The notes beneath the pieces are model-generated. The model worked only from the letters and a program-made list of their open reading frames with translations. It was not told the origin of the DNA and ran no database searches. Shown piece by piece: positions 46,227 to 57,591 of a DNA stretch of 64,000 nt. The position numbers were made by a program, and so were the translations under genes. The stretch spans positions 452,458 through 516,457 of the forward strand of contig WTGJ01000027.1 of assembly GCA_011523615.1 (NCBI GenBank). Direction: 5' to 3'. This DNA comes from Chloroflexota bacterium. GTDB lineage: Bacteria > Chloroflexota > Anaerolineae > Aggregatilineales > Phototrophicaceae. Every line of letters begins with the position of its first letter. Positions within the stretch are counted from its first letter, which is position 1.

Positions 46227-48701
46227 TTAGTTTTGCTGGGAAGCCGGTTCCGCCAATTCACCGGGTTTTAGTTCAATCGTTTCCAAGACAGTCACCGCCA
46301 CCACGCGATCGCCTTCCAGCAAATTCATGATCTTAACGCCCTGGGTCAAGCGCCCGGTAGGATTGATTTGCTGTACATTGGTGCGCAGGATCGTGCCATT
46401 GCGCGACATCAACAGAATCTCATCACTCACGCGGATGACATGCATCGCGATGATGTCACCGCGCTCTTCATTGTTGGCAAAAGTGCGAATGCCCACCCCG
46501 TTGCGTGATTGGGCTCGGTAGCGATCCATCCTCGTGATTTTCCCGTAACCCAGGTCGGTTACGATCAAAACATAATCCGAAGTGTCACGGATGAGATCCA
46601 CCCCGACGATTTGGCTGGTTTCAGCGAGACGCATCGCGCGGACTCCTCTGGCCGTGCGTCCCGTGATGCTGACTTGCTCCTCGGTGAAGCGAATGCTCAT
46701 GCGATCATCCGATGCCACGATGAGTTCTTGCGAGCCATCGCTGATGCGAACCCAACCCAGTTCATCGCCTTCTTGCAGCGTGATGGCAATCAGGCCACTG
46801 GGACGAACGTTCGAAAATGCCTGGATGGGTACCCGTTTGATGTAACCGAAACGCGTCGCCATCACAAAGAAACCCTGCAAAGCTTCCGGATCAAAGGGAA
46901 TCATGGCGGTGATTTTTTCATCTTCTCTCAAGGGCAAAACAGATTGAATGGGCACCCCACGGCTGGTCCGTCCTTTCTCGGGGATGCGAAAGGTGCGTTC
47001 TGCATACACCCGCCCTTGATTGGTGAAAAAGAGCAAAGTATCCAAACTGATCGCCGAACAGGCGAGTGCCGGTAAGTCATCTTGCTTGGTGGCTACGCCA
47101 AACACCCCCTTGCCTCCCCTGAGTTGGGAGCGGAATACCCATTGCGGTACCCTTTTGATGTAACCAAAAATGGTCAATAAGATCACCACCGGTTCATTGC
47201 GAACCAAATCCGCTTCGTCAAAGTCTATGCTCTCACCGACGAGCAGTTGTGTCCTGCGCTCATCGCCATAGGTTTCCACCAGTTCTTTCACTTCAGCGCG
47301 GATCAAAGCCAGTCGTTTGGTCTCGCTCGCTAAGATTCCTTCCAATTCTTGAATGCTTTGCCTGGTTTGCTGGTATTCATCCGCCAATTTCAATTGTTCC
47401 AAGGCCACCAATCGCCGCAGCCTGAGCGCCAGCACGGCCTCCGCTTGTCGTTCGCTCAATTGGAAGCGGTCACACAATTGCATTGTCGCTTGTGGCGTAT
47501 CTTGGGCGGCGCGGATGATCCGAATGGCATCATCCAATTCTTCTAGGATTCTGAGCAATCCTGCCAGGACGTGTGCCCGATCCTTAAAATGGCTCAGATC
47601 GAATTCAGAACGGCGCCGTATCACTTCCAGGCGATGCTGGATGTAAATGAGCAAACACCGTTTCAGGTTGAGGGTTTTGGGTTCACCTTGATCCAGCGCC
47701 AGTAACTGTACATTGAAGCGGGTTTGCAATTGGGTGTACTTGTACAAGCGGTTGAGGACTTTGGAAGGCTGTGCTCGGGTTTCCAAATCCACCACCAGAC
47801 GCAATCCTTCCCGATCGCTTTCGTCTCTGAGGTCGCTGATCCCTTTGATCTGTCCGCCGCGTGCCAACTCCACGATGCGTTCAATGACGGAAGATTTGTT
47901 GACCTGGTAGGGGATGTCGGAGAAGATGATGCGAAAGCGATCATCCGGGCCGGTTACGATTTCTGCGCTGGATCGTATGATGACGCCCCCCCGGCCCAGC
48001 TGATAGGCATCGCGCAGCCCATCGTCCACCAGGATGTTTCCGCCGGTGGGGAAATCCGGTCCGCGAACGAATTCCAGCAAGTCGGTTACGGTGATGTCAT
48101 CCCGACTATCGTAATGGTCGATCAAATGGGTGATCGCGTGGCATATTTCACTCAAATTGTGCGGCGGGATATTGGTAGACATGCCCACAGCAATGCCGCT
48201 GGTGCCGTTCAGCAACAGATTGGGCAATCGAGCGGGCAAGACGAAGGGCTCTTCCATCGATCCGTCATAGTTTTCACCAAAATCCACGGTTTCCTTTTGG
48301 ATATCGGCGAGCAGCTCGGCACTGATCGACGAAAGTCTGGCTTCTGTATAACGCATGGCGGCCGGGCGATCGCCATCCAAACTGCCAAAGTTGCCCTGCC
48401 CTTCGACCAACTCATAGCGCAACGAGAATTCCTGTGCCATCCTCGCCATGGCATCGTACACCGCATCATCACTATGCGGATGGAACTTGCCCAATACTTC
48501 GCCCACGATTCGGGCGCTCTTCTTGAACGGAGTGCCGGGACGGATCCCCATATCGTGCATCGCGAATAAAATGCGGCGGTGGACCGGCTTCAACCCATCG
48601 CGGGCATCGGGCAAAGCACGAGCGACGATGACGCTCATGGCATAATCCAGATAACTCTCGCGCATCTCTTGATTGATGTTTATGTTGCTGGATTCAACCA
48701 T
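46227..48701 (-). CDS. gyrA: DNA gyrase subunit A
   Basis: 824 aa. [29 protein letters not shown], the active-site region AAMRYTE, and a C-terminal beta-pinwheel with GyrA-box-like QLRGGKGV. Confidence 0.93.
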   Translation of the reverse strand: MVESSNININQEMRESYLDYAMSVIVARALPDARDGLKPVHRRILFAMHDMGIRPGTPFKKSARIVGEVLGKFHPHSDDAVYDAMARMAQEFSLRYELVEGQGNFGSLDGDRPAAMRYTEARLSSISAELLADIQKETVDFGENYDGSMEEPFVLPARLPNLLLNGTSGIAVGMSTNIPPHNLSEICHAITHLIDHYDSRDDITVTDLLEFVRGPDFPTGGNILVDDGLRDAYQLGRGGVIIRSSAEIVTGPDDRFRIIFSDIPYQVNKSSVIERIVELARGGQIKGISDLRDESDREGLRLVVDLETRAQPSKVLNRLYKYTQLQTRFNVQLLALDQGEPKTLNLKRCLLIYIQHRLEVIRRRSEFDLSHFKDRAHVLAGLLRILEELDDAIRIIRAAQDTPQATMQLCDRFQLSERQAEAVLALRLRRLVALEQLKLADEYQQTRQSIQELEGILASETKRLALIRAEVKELVETYGDERRTQLLVGESIDFDEADLVRNEPVVILLTIFGYIKRVPQWVFRSQLRGGKGVFGVATKQDDLPALACSAISLDTLLFFTNQGRVYAERTFRIPEKGRTSRGVPIQSVLPLREDEKITAMIPFDPEALQGFFVMATRFGYIKRVPIQAFSNVRPSGLIAITLQEGDELGWVRISDGSQELIVASDDRMSIRFTEEQVSITGRTARGVRAMRLAETSQIVGVDLIRDTSDYVLIVTDLGYGKITRMDRYRAQSRNGVGIRTFANNEERGDIIAMHVIRVSDEILLMSRNGTILRTNVQQINPTGRLTQGVKIMNLLEGDRVVAVTVLETIELKPGELAEPASQQN

Positions 48702-48741
48702 GGAATTCTCTGCACAATCACACGTGGTGATTATAGCAGTT

Positions 48742-49995
48742 CTATGGTCCGTCTGAGATCATATGCCAGTCGTCGCCGATGATTTCGAACTGAAATTCAG
48801 CGGCAGATGAGTCGGATTCGGGCGGCTGCAGCCAGGCATGGATGCGGATCTTCCCCTTTTCCTCGGTCACTTGCAGAGTTGCGATCTTTCCCACAAATTC
48901 AGGCTCATACTGCCTGATTTTCCATTCCAAGTAATCGCGCCAATCCAGCAGCGCGAGTTCGGCCAGACTCGACTGGGTTGCTTTACGCAATGCCGGTAGG
49001 AGCTTCAAACCGCCAAAATCATTCACTGCAGAAGCGATGGGATGCACTCCATATCGTTCGATCACGCTATCCAACAAGGGGCTGATTTCCTTGATGCCCA
49101 GGAAACGGGTCACGAGCCAAGAATACAATGCTTGCCGGAAGTAACGGTCATCCATAGAGCTGCTTTCTATGGTCGCCATCGGGCTGGTCAGGAACAATTG
49201 TGTACTCACCAGCTCGGCTAAAGACTGCTGCAAGCGGGGTGAAAACGGTTGATCGCTTCGCATGCGACTCAGGAGCGGGGAAGGGATTCGCATATGCCAG
49301 GGATTTATGGGGTGCCAGCTCAATGTCAAGTTGGGATCGGCTATGATTTCCACCAGCATTCCGGGTTGTTGTGTGCAAGAAAGCACCTGGCACCCCAGTT
49401 CCATCCAGCCAGGCAAAGTTTGGGCCAGCGCTTCTGCCAACAAAGCATCGCGCGAAGCATGTCTGATTTCTACGAAGTTGCTGGCGATGGTTGCTGCTTC
49501 TCCCCAGAGCCCCGTATTCTGCGGTAAATGGCGCCAGCCCGCTTCTTCAAATGACCAATAGAACCAGAGCCGTTCATAAGGGATGCCGTCTTCCACTTCT
49601 CGAAAATGGATGATACCCAGGTCGCCATTCTCACTGATTTCGCTGTCGATGATCTCCCCGATGAGGTTGAGATGGGGCGATGCTTGCACCTCATGAAAGT
49701 ATGCTACTTGCTGATTCACCCATATCTCATCTCCCTGATGCTGCAGCGCAAGAAAGGCATCCAGATCGCCGATCCGCAATGCTGCCAATTCGGCATTGAA
49801 TGCATCCTGCAGCGTGCGCAACTGCCAGCGCTCGATCTCAGCCAAACGCAGGATGATGGCAATTGCAATACCTGCGATCAAGAAGACAACAACGAAGACG
49901 ATCCGCCACCAGCGATTGAACCGCTGCGGACTGGGTTGCGGATCGCCGCCATTCGCTGGTTGAGCGCCGCTCTCCCACTCGAGTTCAACCGGCAT
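48742..49995 (-). CDS. hypothetical single-pass membrane protein
   Basis: 417 aa. One TM helix ([21 protein letters not shown]) followed by a large soluble domain. No recognised motifs. Confidence 0.5.
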   Translation of the reverse strand: MPVELEWESGAQPANGGDPQPSPQRFNRWWRIVFVVVFLIAGIAIAIILRLAEIERWQLRTLQDAFNAELAALRIGDLDAFLALQHQGDEIWVNQQVAYFHEVQASPHLNLIGEIIDSEISENGDLGIIHFREVEDGIPYERLWFYWSFEEAGWRHLPQNTGLWGEAATIASNFVEIRHASRDALLAEALAQTLPGWMELGCQVLSCTQQPGMLVEIIADPNLTLSWHPINPWHMRIPSPLLSRMRSDQPFSPRLQQSLAELVSTQLFLTSPMATIESSSMDDRYFRQALYSWLVTRFLGIKEISPLLDSVIERYGVHPIASAVNDFGGLKLLPALRKATQSSLAELALLDWRDYLEWKIRQYEPEFVGKIATLQVTEEKGKIRIHAWLQPPESDSSAAEFQFEIIGDDWHMISDGP

Positions 49996-49998
49996 GAC

Positions 49999-50745
49999 TC
50001 AATCTCTCCGCTCTTCCAGGGTGCCTGACAGGATGCGAATTTCTTCTCCGTTCGCTAGTTCCAGCCAAAGAGCACCCTCTTCGTCCACTGCCTTGGCGAT
50101 CCCACTCCGCTGATCCACCGTGACCCATTGCCCCAGGAGCTGCAAACGAGAACGCCAGGTGCGAAACAGTAGCGTCCTGCCCAGGTGGCAGCGCCAACGA
50201 TCGAAATGGCGCAAAAAGATCGTCAACAAAGTGGCAGGGTCCAGCTCTTCACGCGTCAATTGATGCAGGCTGATCGCCCGATCGGCTAAGGGCGTCGCAG
50301 AAAAATCCACCGAGAGGTTGATACCAATGCCCAACACCACCCCCATCATTTCCTCACCGGACCACAGGGATTCGGCCAATATGCCGCTGATTTTCCTGCC
50401 ATTGACCATGATGTCATTGGGCCATTTGATCGCCAACTCTTGGATGGCCAAATCATCCAGCAAATCGAACACACTCACCGCTGCCAGCATCGTACTCTGT
50501 TGGGCGGCGATCGGATCACAACGGAGGATGATGGAACAGGTCAAGGCGCTATCGGGTGGAGTGTACCAACCGCGCTTAAGGCGACCACGGCCGGCAGTTT
50601 GGTCTCGCGTGATGACCAGAGAACCGTCCGCTGCACCCTGCCGCAACCAGACGAGCGCATCATCGTTGGTGCTCTGGAGAGAGTGATGAAAGCGAAAGGG
50701 ACGATCTTTGAGGATTGTGCTCAGCTTTGCTTCGGTGATTGACAT
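49999..50745 (-). CDS. birA: biotin--[acetyl-CoA-carboxylase] ligase (class I, no HTH domain)
   Basis: 248 aa. QTAGRGRLKRGWYTPP (GRGRxGRxW motif) and KWPNDI. Confidence 0.85.
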   Translation of the reverse strand: MSITEAKLSTILKDRPFRFHHSLQSTNDDALVWLRQGAADGSLVITRDQTAGRGRLKRGWYTPPDSALTCSIILRCDPIAAQQSTMLAAVSVFDLLDDLAIQELAIKWPNDIMVNGRKISGILAESLWSGEEMMGVVLGIGINLSVDFSATPLADRAISLHQLTREELDPATLLTIFLRHFDRWRCHLGRTLLFRTWRSRLQLLGQWVTVDQRSGIAKAVDEEGALWLELANGEEIRILSGTLEERRD

Positions 50746-50808
50746 GGGTCTCCTTTTACGCCTGCGGAGAACTTGTATTTGAACTGCTGAAAATGCATAC
50801 TCATCATC

Positions 50809-51330
50809 ATGGAATCAGAAACGCCATTGTACCCACCGGCGAAAGGGATGTTCGATCATCTCTGCACCCCGTGGCGCTGGGATTATCTCCGAAAGAATGG
50901 AGGGGAGGAAGGTTGCCTCTTTTGTTTGGATGAGCGTGCGGACGAAGCAGGGATCATCGCAAAAGCGGATCAGGTTTATGTGATTCTGAATCGCTACCCT
51001 TACAACAATGGACACTTGATGATCGTACCTTACCGTCATATTGCTTCCCTGGATCATTTTAGTGAAGCAGAGCAGATCGACTTCATGAACATATTGTCAA
51101 AAGCAATCCAGTGTTTGCAAAACGCTTATCAGCCCGAGGGTTACAATCTTGGCGCCAATATCGGTGCGGCAGCGGGTGCTGGCATCCCGGGACATTTTCA
51201 TATGCATGTGGTGCCTCGTTGGTCCGGGGATACCAGTTTCATGTCCGTTTCCGCCGCTGCACGAGTGATTCCCGAGGGTTTGCCAGATACTGCGGCAAAG
51301 TTGCGCGAGATTTGGTCTCAGCTGGTTTGA
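50809..51330 (+). CDS. HIT family protein (Ap4A phosphorylase-like subgroup)
   Basis: Histidine triad GHFHMHVVPRW. N-terminal CLFC and NRYPYNNGHLMIVP motifs. Confidence 0.8.
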   Translation: MESETPLYPPAKGMFDHLCTPWRWDYLRKNGGEEGCLFCLDERADEAGIIAKADQVYVILNRYPYNNGHLMIVPYRHIASLDHFSEAEQIDFMNILSKAIQCLQNAYQPEGYNLGANIGAAAGAGIPGHFHMHVVPRWSGDTSFMSVSAAARVIPEGLPDTAAKLREIWSQLV

Positions 51331-51373
51331 TAGCATCCGATTCAGTGCAAGGTGACGCCGCCTCATCCCCATC

Positions 51374-52831
51374 ATGTTGACATGGATTTGGATGGCATTC
51401 ATCATCCTGGCTGCCCTACCCTGGGCCTTGTATGTACGCGCTTTCTGCCATGATCGGGAGAGCAATGCCTTAGTGACTTGCCTCTGCCTCAGTTTCAGTT
51501 TGGGCAGCCTTACTTTGATCATGTTGTGCCTGGGGATCTTGGGTATCCCGCTGCGCTATTGGACCATCACTGTCATCTATCTCCTGTTGATGGCTGCAGG
51601 CTGGCGCCTCGCTTGGCGCAGAAGAGCAGCCATTGTATTGCGCACCTTCTGGCCCGAAGGTTGGGTCAGACGCAGCATTTGGCTGATATGTGCTGCCGTC
51701 GCAATGGCACAATGCTTCAACGCCGGCTATTGGCCCTTCTTCCGCGAAGATGTCCTGGGGATCTATGCGCCCTTTGCAGCCACCGTCGTGGAACGGCAAG
51801 CCTTGATTTCTCTCAGCGGCTTGCCCGATGCCATGTATCGTTACGAGAGTTATCCGATGATGGTGCCGTTGAGCTTCGCTTATGTCCATATGAGTGCAAA
51901 TGGCATTCATGAATATCTGGCGAAGACGGTGGTCACCCTATTGTCGCTGGCCTGCATCCCGGCGGCATATCTTTTGGGGTATGCCAGCCATTCTCAAAAA
52001 ACAGGTTGGTTGAGCGCCGCTTTGCTCGCGTTGACGCCGGCATTTTGGCGTTGGGCTTCTGCCGGTTACGTGGATCTGCCGATGGCATTTTTCGCGACGA
52101 TGTCCGCTTATTTCGCGCTGCGTCTTTGGCAATCGGGGCACCACCGTGACGCCTTGCTCAGCGGCATCCACCTGGGAATGGTCACATGGGTCAAAAATGC
52201 GGGCTTGATCTTGTTGCCGATCCTGACGCTGTGGTTTTTCATGGGAATTCGCCGGGGAAAGATCCAGCTGCGTCATTGGGTCATCCTCGTTTCGTCCGCT
52301 CTGGTTTCTGGTGCCATTTGGTATGCATGGACGTTCATCCAGGCGGGTGTGATCGTACCCAAAACCGCTTGGACGGATGAAGCGCAACACTCTTTGGCCA
52401 CCCTGCTGGTGTTCATTTCGCAGTGGGAGAATTATAGTTTGGTAGGCTGGTTGATCCTGCTGGGAATGGCCACCGTGCTGTGGAGTTCGTTCCAGGATGG
52501 TTTCCGCAAACCCGGCCATCTCTTGCTATTGCTCATCGTAATTCCGTACTGGTTGGTTTGGTGGTGGTTTGTGAGTTACGATTCACGTTTCATCTTGCTG
52601 TTTTTGCCCATTGCCTGTGTTTTTGGCGCGCTGATCATTGATGCTGCAGCCAGAGCTGCTTTGCCGAACCTGCGATCGGCAATGGCTGCCGCCCTGTTGA
52701 TTTGTGCCGCGCTCTGGGCGACCCATGGGATCCTCATCAGCATCCAATTCAAGGACGAGATCCTAGCGAATCCCATCCTGAGTCACGAGGAAAAAATCGC
52801 TATTGTGCGTCCGCCTGCACCCGAATCGTGA
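51374..52831 (+). CDS. GT-C fold glycosyltransferase-like membrane protein (PMT_2 / GT39/GT83-like)
   Basis: 485 aa with about 12 hydrophobic helices. An acidic FFREDVLGIYAP motif sits in an early loop. The overall organisation resembles ArnT/PMT-like enzymes. The family assignment is tentative. Confidence 0.5.
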   Translation: MLTWIWMAFIILAALPWALYVRAFCHDRESNALVTCLCLSFSLGSLTLIMLCLGILGIPLRYWTITVIYLLLMAAGWRLAWRRRAAIVLRTFWPEGWVRRSIWLICAAVAMAQCFNAGYWPFFREDVLGIYAPFAATVVERQALISLSGLPDAMYRYESYPMMVPLSFAYVHMSANGIHEYLAKTVVTLLSLACIPAAYLLGYASHSQKTGWLSAALLALTPAFWRWASAGYVDLPMAFFATMSAYFALRLWQSGHHRDALLSGIHLGMVTWVKNAGLILLPILTLWFFMGIRRGKIQLRHWVILVSSALVSGAIWYAWTFIQAGVIVPKTAWTDEAQHSLATLLVFISQWENYSLVGWLILLGMATVLWSSFQDGFRKPGHLLLLLIVIPYWLVWWWFVSYDSRFILLFLPIACVFGALIIDAAARAALPNLRSAMAAALLICAALWATHGILISIQFKDEILANPILSHEEKIAIVRPPAPES

Positions 52832-55139
52832 TGGGGAGCACGGCGGTATGATCATCCATCTTTAGACCGGTCAACACAGGCAATAGGCGGATCGTTTCTT
52901 CCTCAAAATAGTAGACCTGCAGCCACAATTGATACTCGCCATCCGGCATGTCTCTCCCCAACCGTATGGAACGATGGTCCCAAATTGGCTCATCCACCTT
53001 CCAGGGGCTGGTGGGCTGCAACCCAGCCTTGGGTTGCCAATCCATCGAACTGGCGAAAGTTTGGCCACCTCTGGTCAGTTTCCAGGTGATCGTATGATCG
53101 GTGGTCATGTCACGGCTTGCTGACCAACGAGCGGCCATCGGGATGACTGCGCCGGGAGGATAGGTCAAGCCATTGGGTAAGAAGATGCCTGAAAACAGCA
53201 ATTCATCGCCAAAATTCACCCGGTTGCCGCCTTCTTCTTCCTGAAAGATTTCCGGCAACGGAGCGAGTTGGTATTCGATCAAACGCACATCCGGAGCGGT
53301 GCTGATTTCTTGGATGGGATAGGCATTTTCTGTGAAAAATCGTTCCAACACCCGCGGGCGCCAGGGTAAAAAGGGGCCGGCATCGGACAAAAAATAGAAA
53401 GTTTCATGGCGCTGGAACATCAGACTCAATCGATGTACGGTATGGCGGGATAAATTAACGGCTGCGACCTGGCTCGCCACGATGGGAACCACTTCAGGAT
53501 CGTACCTTTCACCCGGTTGATGGTTGAGCACTACCAATCTTGGCTGATTGACTTTTGCATGGTTCAAAATGAAATCACGGTATTCTTGCGTGACGAAAAC
53601 GATGTCACCTCGGCCTACCACCTCATCCATTTCGGTGAGCATTGGCTCCAGCGCCTCGGTATGGCCGCGGTAGACCGGGTCTTCGGCTACCCGAAAGAGG
53701 GTAACCAATGAGAGGATCACAACCGATACGGGAAGTGAGAAAATGATCCCACGTGGGATGTTTCGGCGCTTAACAATGAGTTGGAAAAGCATAGCTCCAC
53801 AAAGTGCCATGAATGCCAACCAAACCAAAGGCAATGCAAAATCTTGGCTGCGGTACCAGGCGAAATCCCATGATATTTGATCCAAATGAGTGAGAATGAG
53901 CGAGGGGCGAAGATACTGTGGCAGGTACAAACTGCCCCACCATTCTTGCAATCCATCGGCCATCGCCGGCAACGGAATCTCTTCCCAGCGCGTGATGACG
54001 GCTGCCATTTGCCAGGCGATGCTATACGCCAACCACGCAAAGATTCCTGTTTTGAGAATACGGTGACTCGTTTTTCCCAATTTCTCCCAAACTGGCAGGG
54101 CCAACAACATGAAAAACGGGATGATCGGCAAGAGGAAACGAGGGGGCCAGGATAAGCCGCCGAACCAATGAGGACCTCTTGCGGCATGGCCGATCGAATA
54201 AGCGGCGAGGAGCAGCACGGCCAGCCAGATGTGGCGTCTGGAGCCGTTGCGCCAAGTGATGAGCGCACCGGGAATTGCCAATGCGATGACCGGTGAACTC
54301 CCCCAAAAACTCCCGCCTGGACTGAGGATTTGGCTGGCCATCGCCGTCTGAAAAAAGCCCCAATCCAGGCTGGGGATGGGCAAGTTGATCACGATCAATG
54401 CGTGATCCAGGTTCTGCAGCAGCGGACGAAGATCCACCAGACAGGCGAGCAAAATGAAGGCGATCAGCAACATCAGGACAAAATCGAGCGTGGAAGTTAC
54501 CTTGGTTTGTTTGACAGCGTGGTGATTCTTGTTTGGCCGGTCAAAGAAGAGGAGTGTGGCCATCGCGGGCAGGGCCAATGCGGCGGATTCTTTCGTTTGC
54601 AGGGCCAGCAAGAAGCAGCCCAAACCACCCATCAACCAGGTGAAACGAGAATTACGGCTGGTAGCCCGCATTCTTTCGAGGCAATAGGCCGTGGCCAAGA
54701 GCAGCAATGCCACCAATGGTTCGCGGAAAAACGTCTTGGTATACGGGAATAGGATGGTCGCCGTGCCCAGAAGCAATGCAGCGAAGGTACAGACACGATG
54801 CGAATGACCCAGCAGACGAGCGTAGGCGAAGAAGACGGCAACGATCGCTAAGGTGACGAGGATATTGAACGTCCAAGTGGTATGAACCAAACCCAGCGCA
54901 GGAATGTTCCTGGCAATTCCATACAGGGTTAAGGCCAAGATGGGTTGCAGCCGCTCGCCCTGGTAGCTTTCGATGCCGCTGCCGGTATGCTGCTCATCTA
55001 TGGCGATGGCGCTCTCATCCAAAAGCCAATCACCGTGGCGATATTGACTGCTGATGGCGTCGAACAGCATGAGAGAATCATCGCTGATGATGCGCCCACT
55101 GAAAACCAATGCGTACAGCGAGCACAGGAAACAAAGCAA
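52800..55139 (-). CDS. large GT-C-like polytopic membrane protein with a C-terminal soluble domain
   Basis: 779 aa. SDD acidic motif right after the first hydrophobic segment (GRIISDDSLMLFD), about 12 or more TM helices, then about 300 aa of soluble C-terminal sequence. TTG start. TM1 looks truncated, and the open frame upstream (..KGSFPLII..) has no ATG/GTG/TTG, so the start is uncertain. Confidence 0.5.
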   Translation of the reverse strand: MLCFLCSLYALVFSGRIISDDSLMLFDAISSQYRHGDWLLDESAIAIDEQHTGSGIESYQGERLQPILALTLYGIARNIPALGLVHTTWTFNILVTLAIVAVFFAYARLLGHSHRVCTFAALLLGTATILFPYTKTFFREPLVALLLLATAYCLERMRATSRNSRFTWLMGGLGCFLLALQTKESAALALPAMATLLFFDRPNKNHHAVKQTKVTSTLDFVLMLLIAFILLACLVDLRPLLQNLDHALIVINLPIPSLDWGFFQTAMASQILSPGGSFWGSSPVIALAIPGALITWRNGSRRHIWLAVLLLAAYSIGHAARGPHWFGGLSWPPRFLLPIIPFFMLLALPVWEKLGKTSHRILKTGIFAWLAYSIAWQMAAVITRWEEIPLPAMADGLQEWWGSLYLPQYLRPSLILTHLDQISWDFAWYRSQDFALPLVWLAFMALCGAMLFQLIVKRRNIPRGIIFSLPVSVVILSLVTLFRVAEDPVYRGHTEALEPMLTEMDEVVGRGDIVFVTQEYRDFILNHAKVNQPRLVVLNHQPGERYDPEVVPIVASQVAAVNLSRHTVHRLSLMFQRHETFYFLSDAGPFLPWRPRVLERFFTENAYPIQEISTAPDVRLIEYQLAPLPEIFQEEEGGNRVNFGDELLFSGIFLPNGLTYPPGAVIPMAARWSASRDMTTDHTITWKLTRGGQTFASSMDWQPKAGLQPTSPWKVDEPIWDHRSIRLGRDMPDGEYQLWLQVYYFEEETIRLLPVLTGLKMDDHTAVLPITIRVQADAQ

Positions 55140-55263
55140 AATGATGAGCGGGAAAGAGCCTTTTACCGCTGGCTGCGTGGCAGAAATTACTGAGTCCCTC
55201 GATAAGATGTACAGGAGTTCAAGCAGCTGCCCAGGTCAGGTTCTGCATCAAACATTCCTTAAA

Positions 55264-57507
55264 TCAATGGGATGAATGGTCGTCATCACTCTCATCCACC
55301 CCCAAACTGGTGATCGCTTCCAAGGGCAAGGATCGGCGCACGATCTGTTCGTCAATTCGTTCCACCAACGGGGCGCTATGCAAGACACGGTCGATCAATT
55401 CTTCGTCTCGATCGATGATACCCAGATCGTTCAAGGCCCAAATCGTGGTCAGGCGGTTGGCGATATTGGGCCACTGTTCTTTGGCCCATTGGTACCGCTG
55501 GCGAGCAAACTGCCAGATCTCTTCGGGTTGCCGTTGGATTTGATAATTGTTGAATTCGGCCCAAATCTCATCAAAATCCGAACGCCTGAAAAGCATATGG
55601 ATCATCGCCCGCTGTACGGTATCGACATCTCGCTCTTCACTCACCCAATTGAAAGAATAATTGTTCACATAGGTGAAGATGCCAAAATGGGAGAATTGTT
55701 CAATCGTCTCCAACAATTCCTCTTTCATTTCCGTCGCTTTTTGGAAAGCTTCTTGCAAGGGGATATTGCCGGGTTCTACTTGCTCACTGTGCAACAATGC
55801 TTCGTGTGTTTCTTTCCACTTATCCGGCAATACATCGTAGACGTGGCAAATCAGGCGTCGGATGCGAGTCGGTGCCACATTGTACTTGACCAGCTTCCCA
55901 TCCAGTAGCAGCTGGTGAACCGCGCATACGATGCCGATTTGCCTGACCTCATCCAAGGAGCGTTCGCGACCAGAGCGAAACAAGCGGGGCATGCCCGGCC
56001 TCATCGATCGCGTCCGTTCTTCAGAAGTTACGGGGAAGAAACGGCTCAAGCCGCCGCGGAACACAAAGAGTTGCACCAAGGTGATCAACGCAGCAATGAT
56101 CAAAATGGGCGGTAGAGCAGATGTTTTCTGGGTGATCAAGATGAGCAACATGAGATAACTGGCGATCATGCCGCGCAAACCAGCGAAGCGTATCGCTCTC
56201 GCTTCAGGACTGCCCGGCAGGATATCTTTGCGAATCAGCGCCCAGGGCCGCACGAAAAACACCGTCGTGCTGGTGATGACAAAAGCACTGACAAAGCCAA
56301 AAGCATAGTAAGCTTCCACTCGCGTGACGCTGGGGATGGCGGGAATGAAGATGGCGGCCGATAACCAGATCACGGCGATACCGATGCGGTCGTTGGCGAA
56401 ATATCGAGGCAATCTCCCCAACCGAGCCGCGTAAGCAGCGACCGCCGCACCGCCGACGTACCCCCCGCCTTGCGCGAAAAGCAGAATCACCGCCAGTAGC
56501 AAACCAGCGAATGTCAGGAGAAAACTCCCCTCGCCAAAGGCCAACTCATACTCGATCAATAAGGTGCTGTATCCCTCTGTAGCAGGGATCTGCCAGGTGC
56601 GGGCCGCGAAAAGCTGGATGATTCCGGTCAGGATCAAGAACAATGCAGCCAGGATCAGTGCGGTATTCACCACCTTCCACTTGGGCCGTGCCGCGTGTTT
56701 CCCGCTCGCTGGGATCACTTCATAACCGGAAAACCCCAACATGGCGCTGCTCATCGAGCGCAAGAAGAATTGGAAGAACAGGGTGCTGCCCAAAATGGGG
56801 GCGTTGGCAGAGACGCGAGTGACATGCTCGACGATGTGGCTGTTTTGCAATCTTGCGATGATGCCGGGAACGGCTGCGCCGAGCTCGGGTTGAGTCAGGG
56901 CCAGCAAACCCACGTAATTCAGCGCGAACAAGGTGAAGATGGTGAATGCACCCCCACCCAGCAAAAATAGGGGTACCGCACGCTTGGGCCCCAGGGCAAC
57001 CAACAAGAGCATGATGCATGCGGCATAGGTTTCCGCCAGTAACAAGCGCCAGGGAGCGATTTCCGGTAACAGCAGTAACGTAGCATCAGTGGCGGCAATG
57101 GAGCTGATGATGATGGTCAGGACGGCATCGATGAAGAACATGCTGCTCCCGATCCAGGAGAGCCAACTCAGCCGAGGCGGCCCGATCGCATCAACCAGCG
57201 GACCACTGCCACCTGTATTGGGGCTCAGATATGCTCCCGCTTTGTAAGCGGGGACCACCCCAAAAAACAACATTACGGATAGGGTGCCGAAGGCCAAGAT
57301 GGCGATATCATGGTGTCCCGAAGCGCCTTCGATCGCGAGCAACGTCTGGTAAGCGGCGACGCTGAAGGCATCCGAGGCGATCTCAAAGATCAAGGCGAAG
57401 ATGCCGAGGCCGCTGCCACCCAGCAACAGGCCTTCGAAAGAAAGTCGCAACCAGCTACGATCGGCTGCTCGCCTTTCAGCGAGTGGGATGTAGCTACGGA
57501 ACATCAA
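55264..57507 (-). CDS. polytopic membrane protein, APC/amino-acid-permease-like (tentative) with a ~270-aa cytoplasmic C-terminal domain
   Basis: 747 aa. The first ~470 aa have about 12 hydrophobic helices rich in Gly/Ala, like APC-superfamily transporters. I do not recognise the C-terminal domain. Confidence 0.45.
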   Translation of the reverse strand: MMFRSYIPLAERRAADRSWLRLSFEGLLLGGSGLGIFALIFEIASDAFSVAAYQTLLAIEGASGHHDIAILAFGTLSVMLFFGVVPAYKAGAYLSPNTGGSGPLVDAIGPPRLSWLSWIGSSMFFIDAVLTIIISSIAATDATLLLLPEIAPWRLLLAETYAACIMLLLVALGPKRAVPLFLLGGGAFTIFTLFALNYVGLLALTQPELGAAVPGIIARLQNSHIVEHVTRVSANAPILGSTLFFQFFLRSMSSAMLGFSGYEVIPASGKHAARPKWKVVNTALILAALFLILTGIIQLFAARTWQIPATEGYSTLLIEYELAFGEGSFLLTFAGLLLAVILLFAQGGGYVGGAAVAAYAARLGRLPRYFANDRIGIAVIWLSAAIFIPAIPSVTRVEAYYAFGFVSAFVITSTTVFFVRPWALIRKDILPGSPEARAIRFAGLRGMIASYLMLLILITQKTSALPPILIIAALITLVQLFVFRGGLSRFFPVTSEERTRSMRPGMPRLFRSGRERSLDEVRQIGIVCAVHQLLLDGKLVKYNVAPTRIRRLICHVYDVLPDKWKETHEALLHSEQVEPGNIPLQEAFQKATEMKEELLETIEQFSHFGIFTYVNNYSFNWVSEERDVDTVQRAMIHMLFRRSDFDEIWAEFNNYQIQRQPEEIWQFARQRYQWAKEQWPNIANRLTTIWALNDLGIIDRDEELIDRVLHSAPLVERIDEQIVRRSLPLEAITSLGVDESDDDHSSH

Positions 57508-57591
57508 CGCCCCTCAAGTTGGCTGGCTAGCTCAGAATATAACATAAGTGAAAATTCAAGTGCGCAATAGATTCAAGGTGGAAGCGCGCTG

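Noticed and set aside
47724-48569. 281-aa plus-strand ORF inside gyrA
   Set aside because: It is antisense to the highly conserved GyrA N-terminal domain. Shadow ORF.
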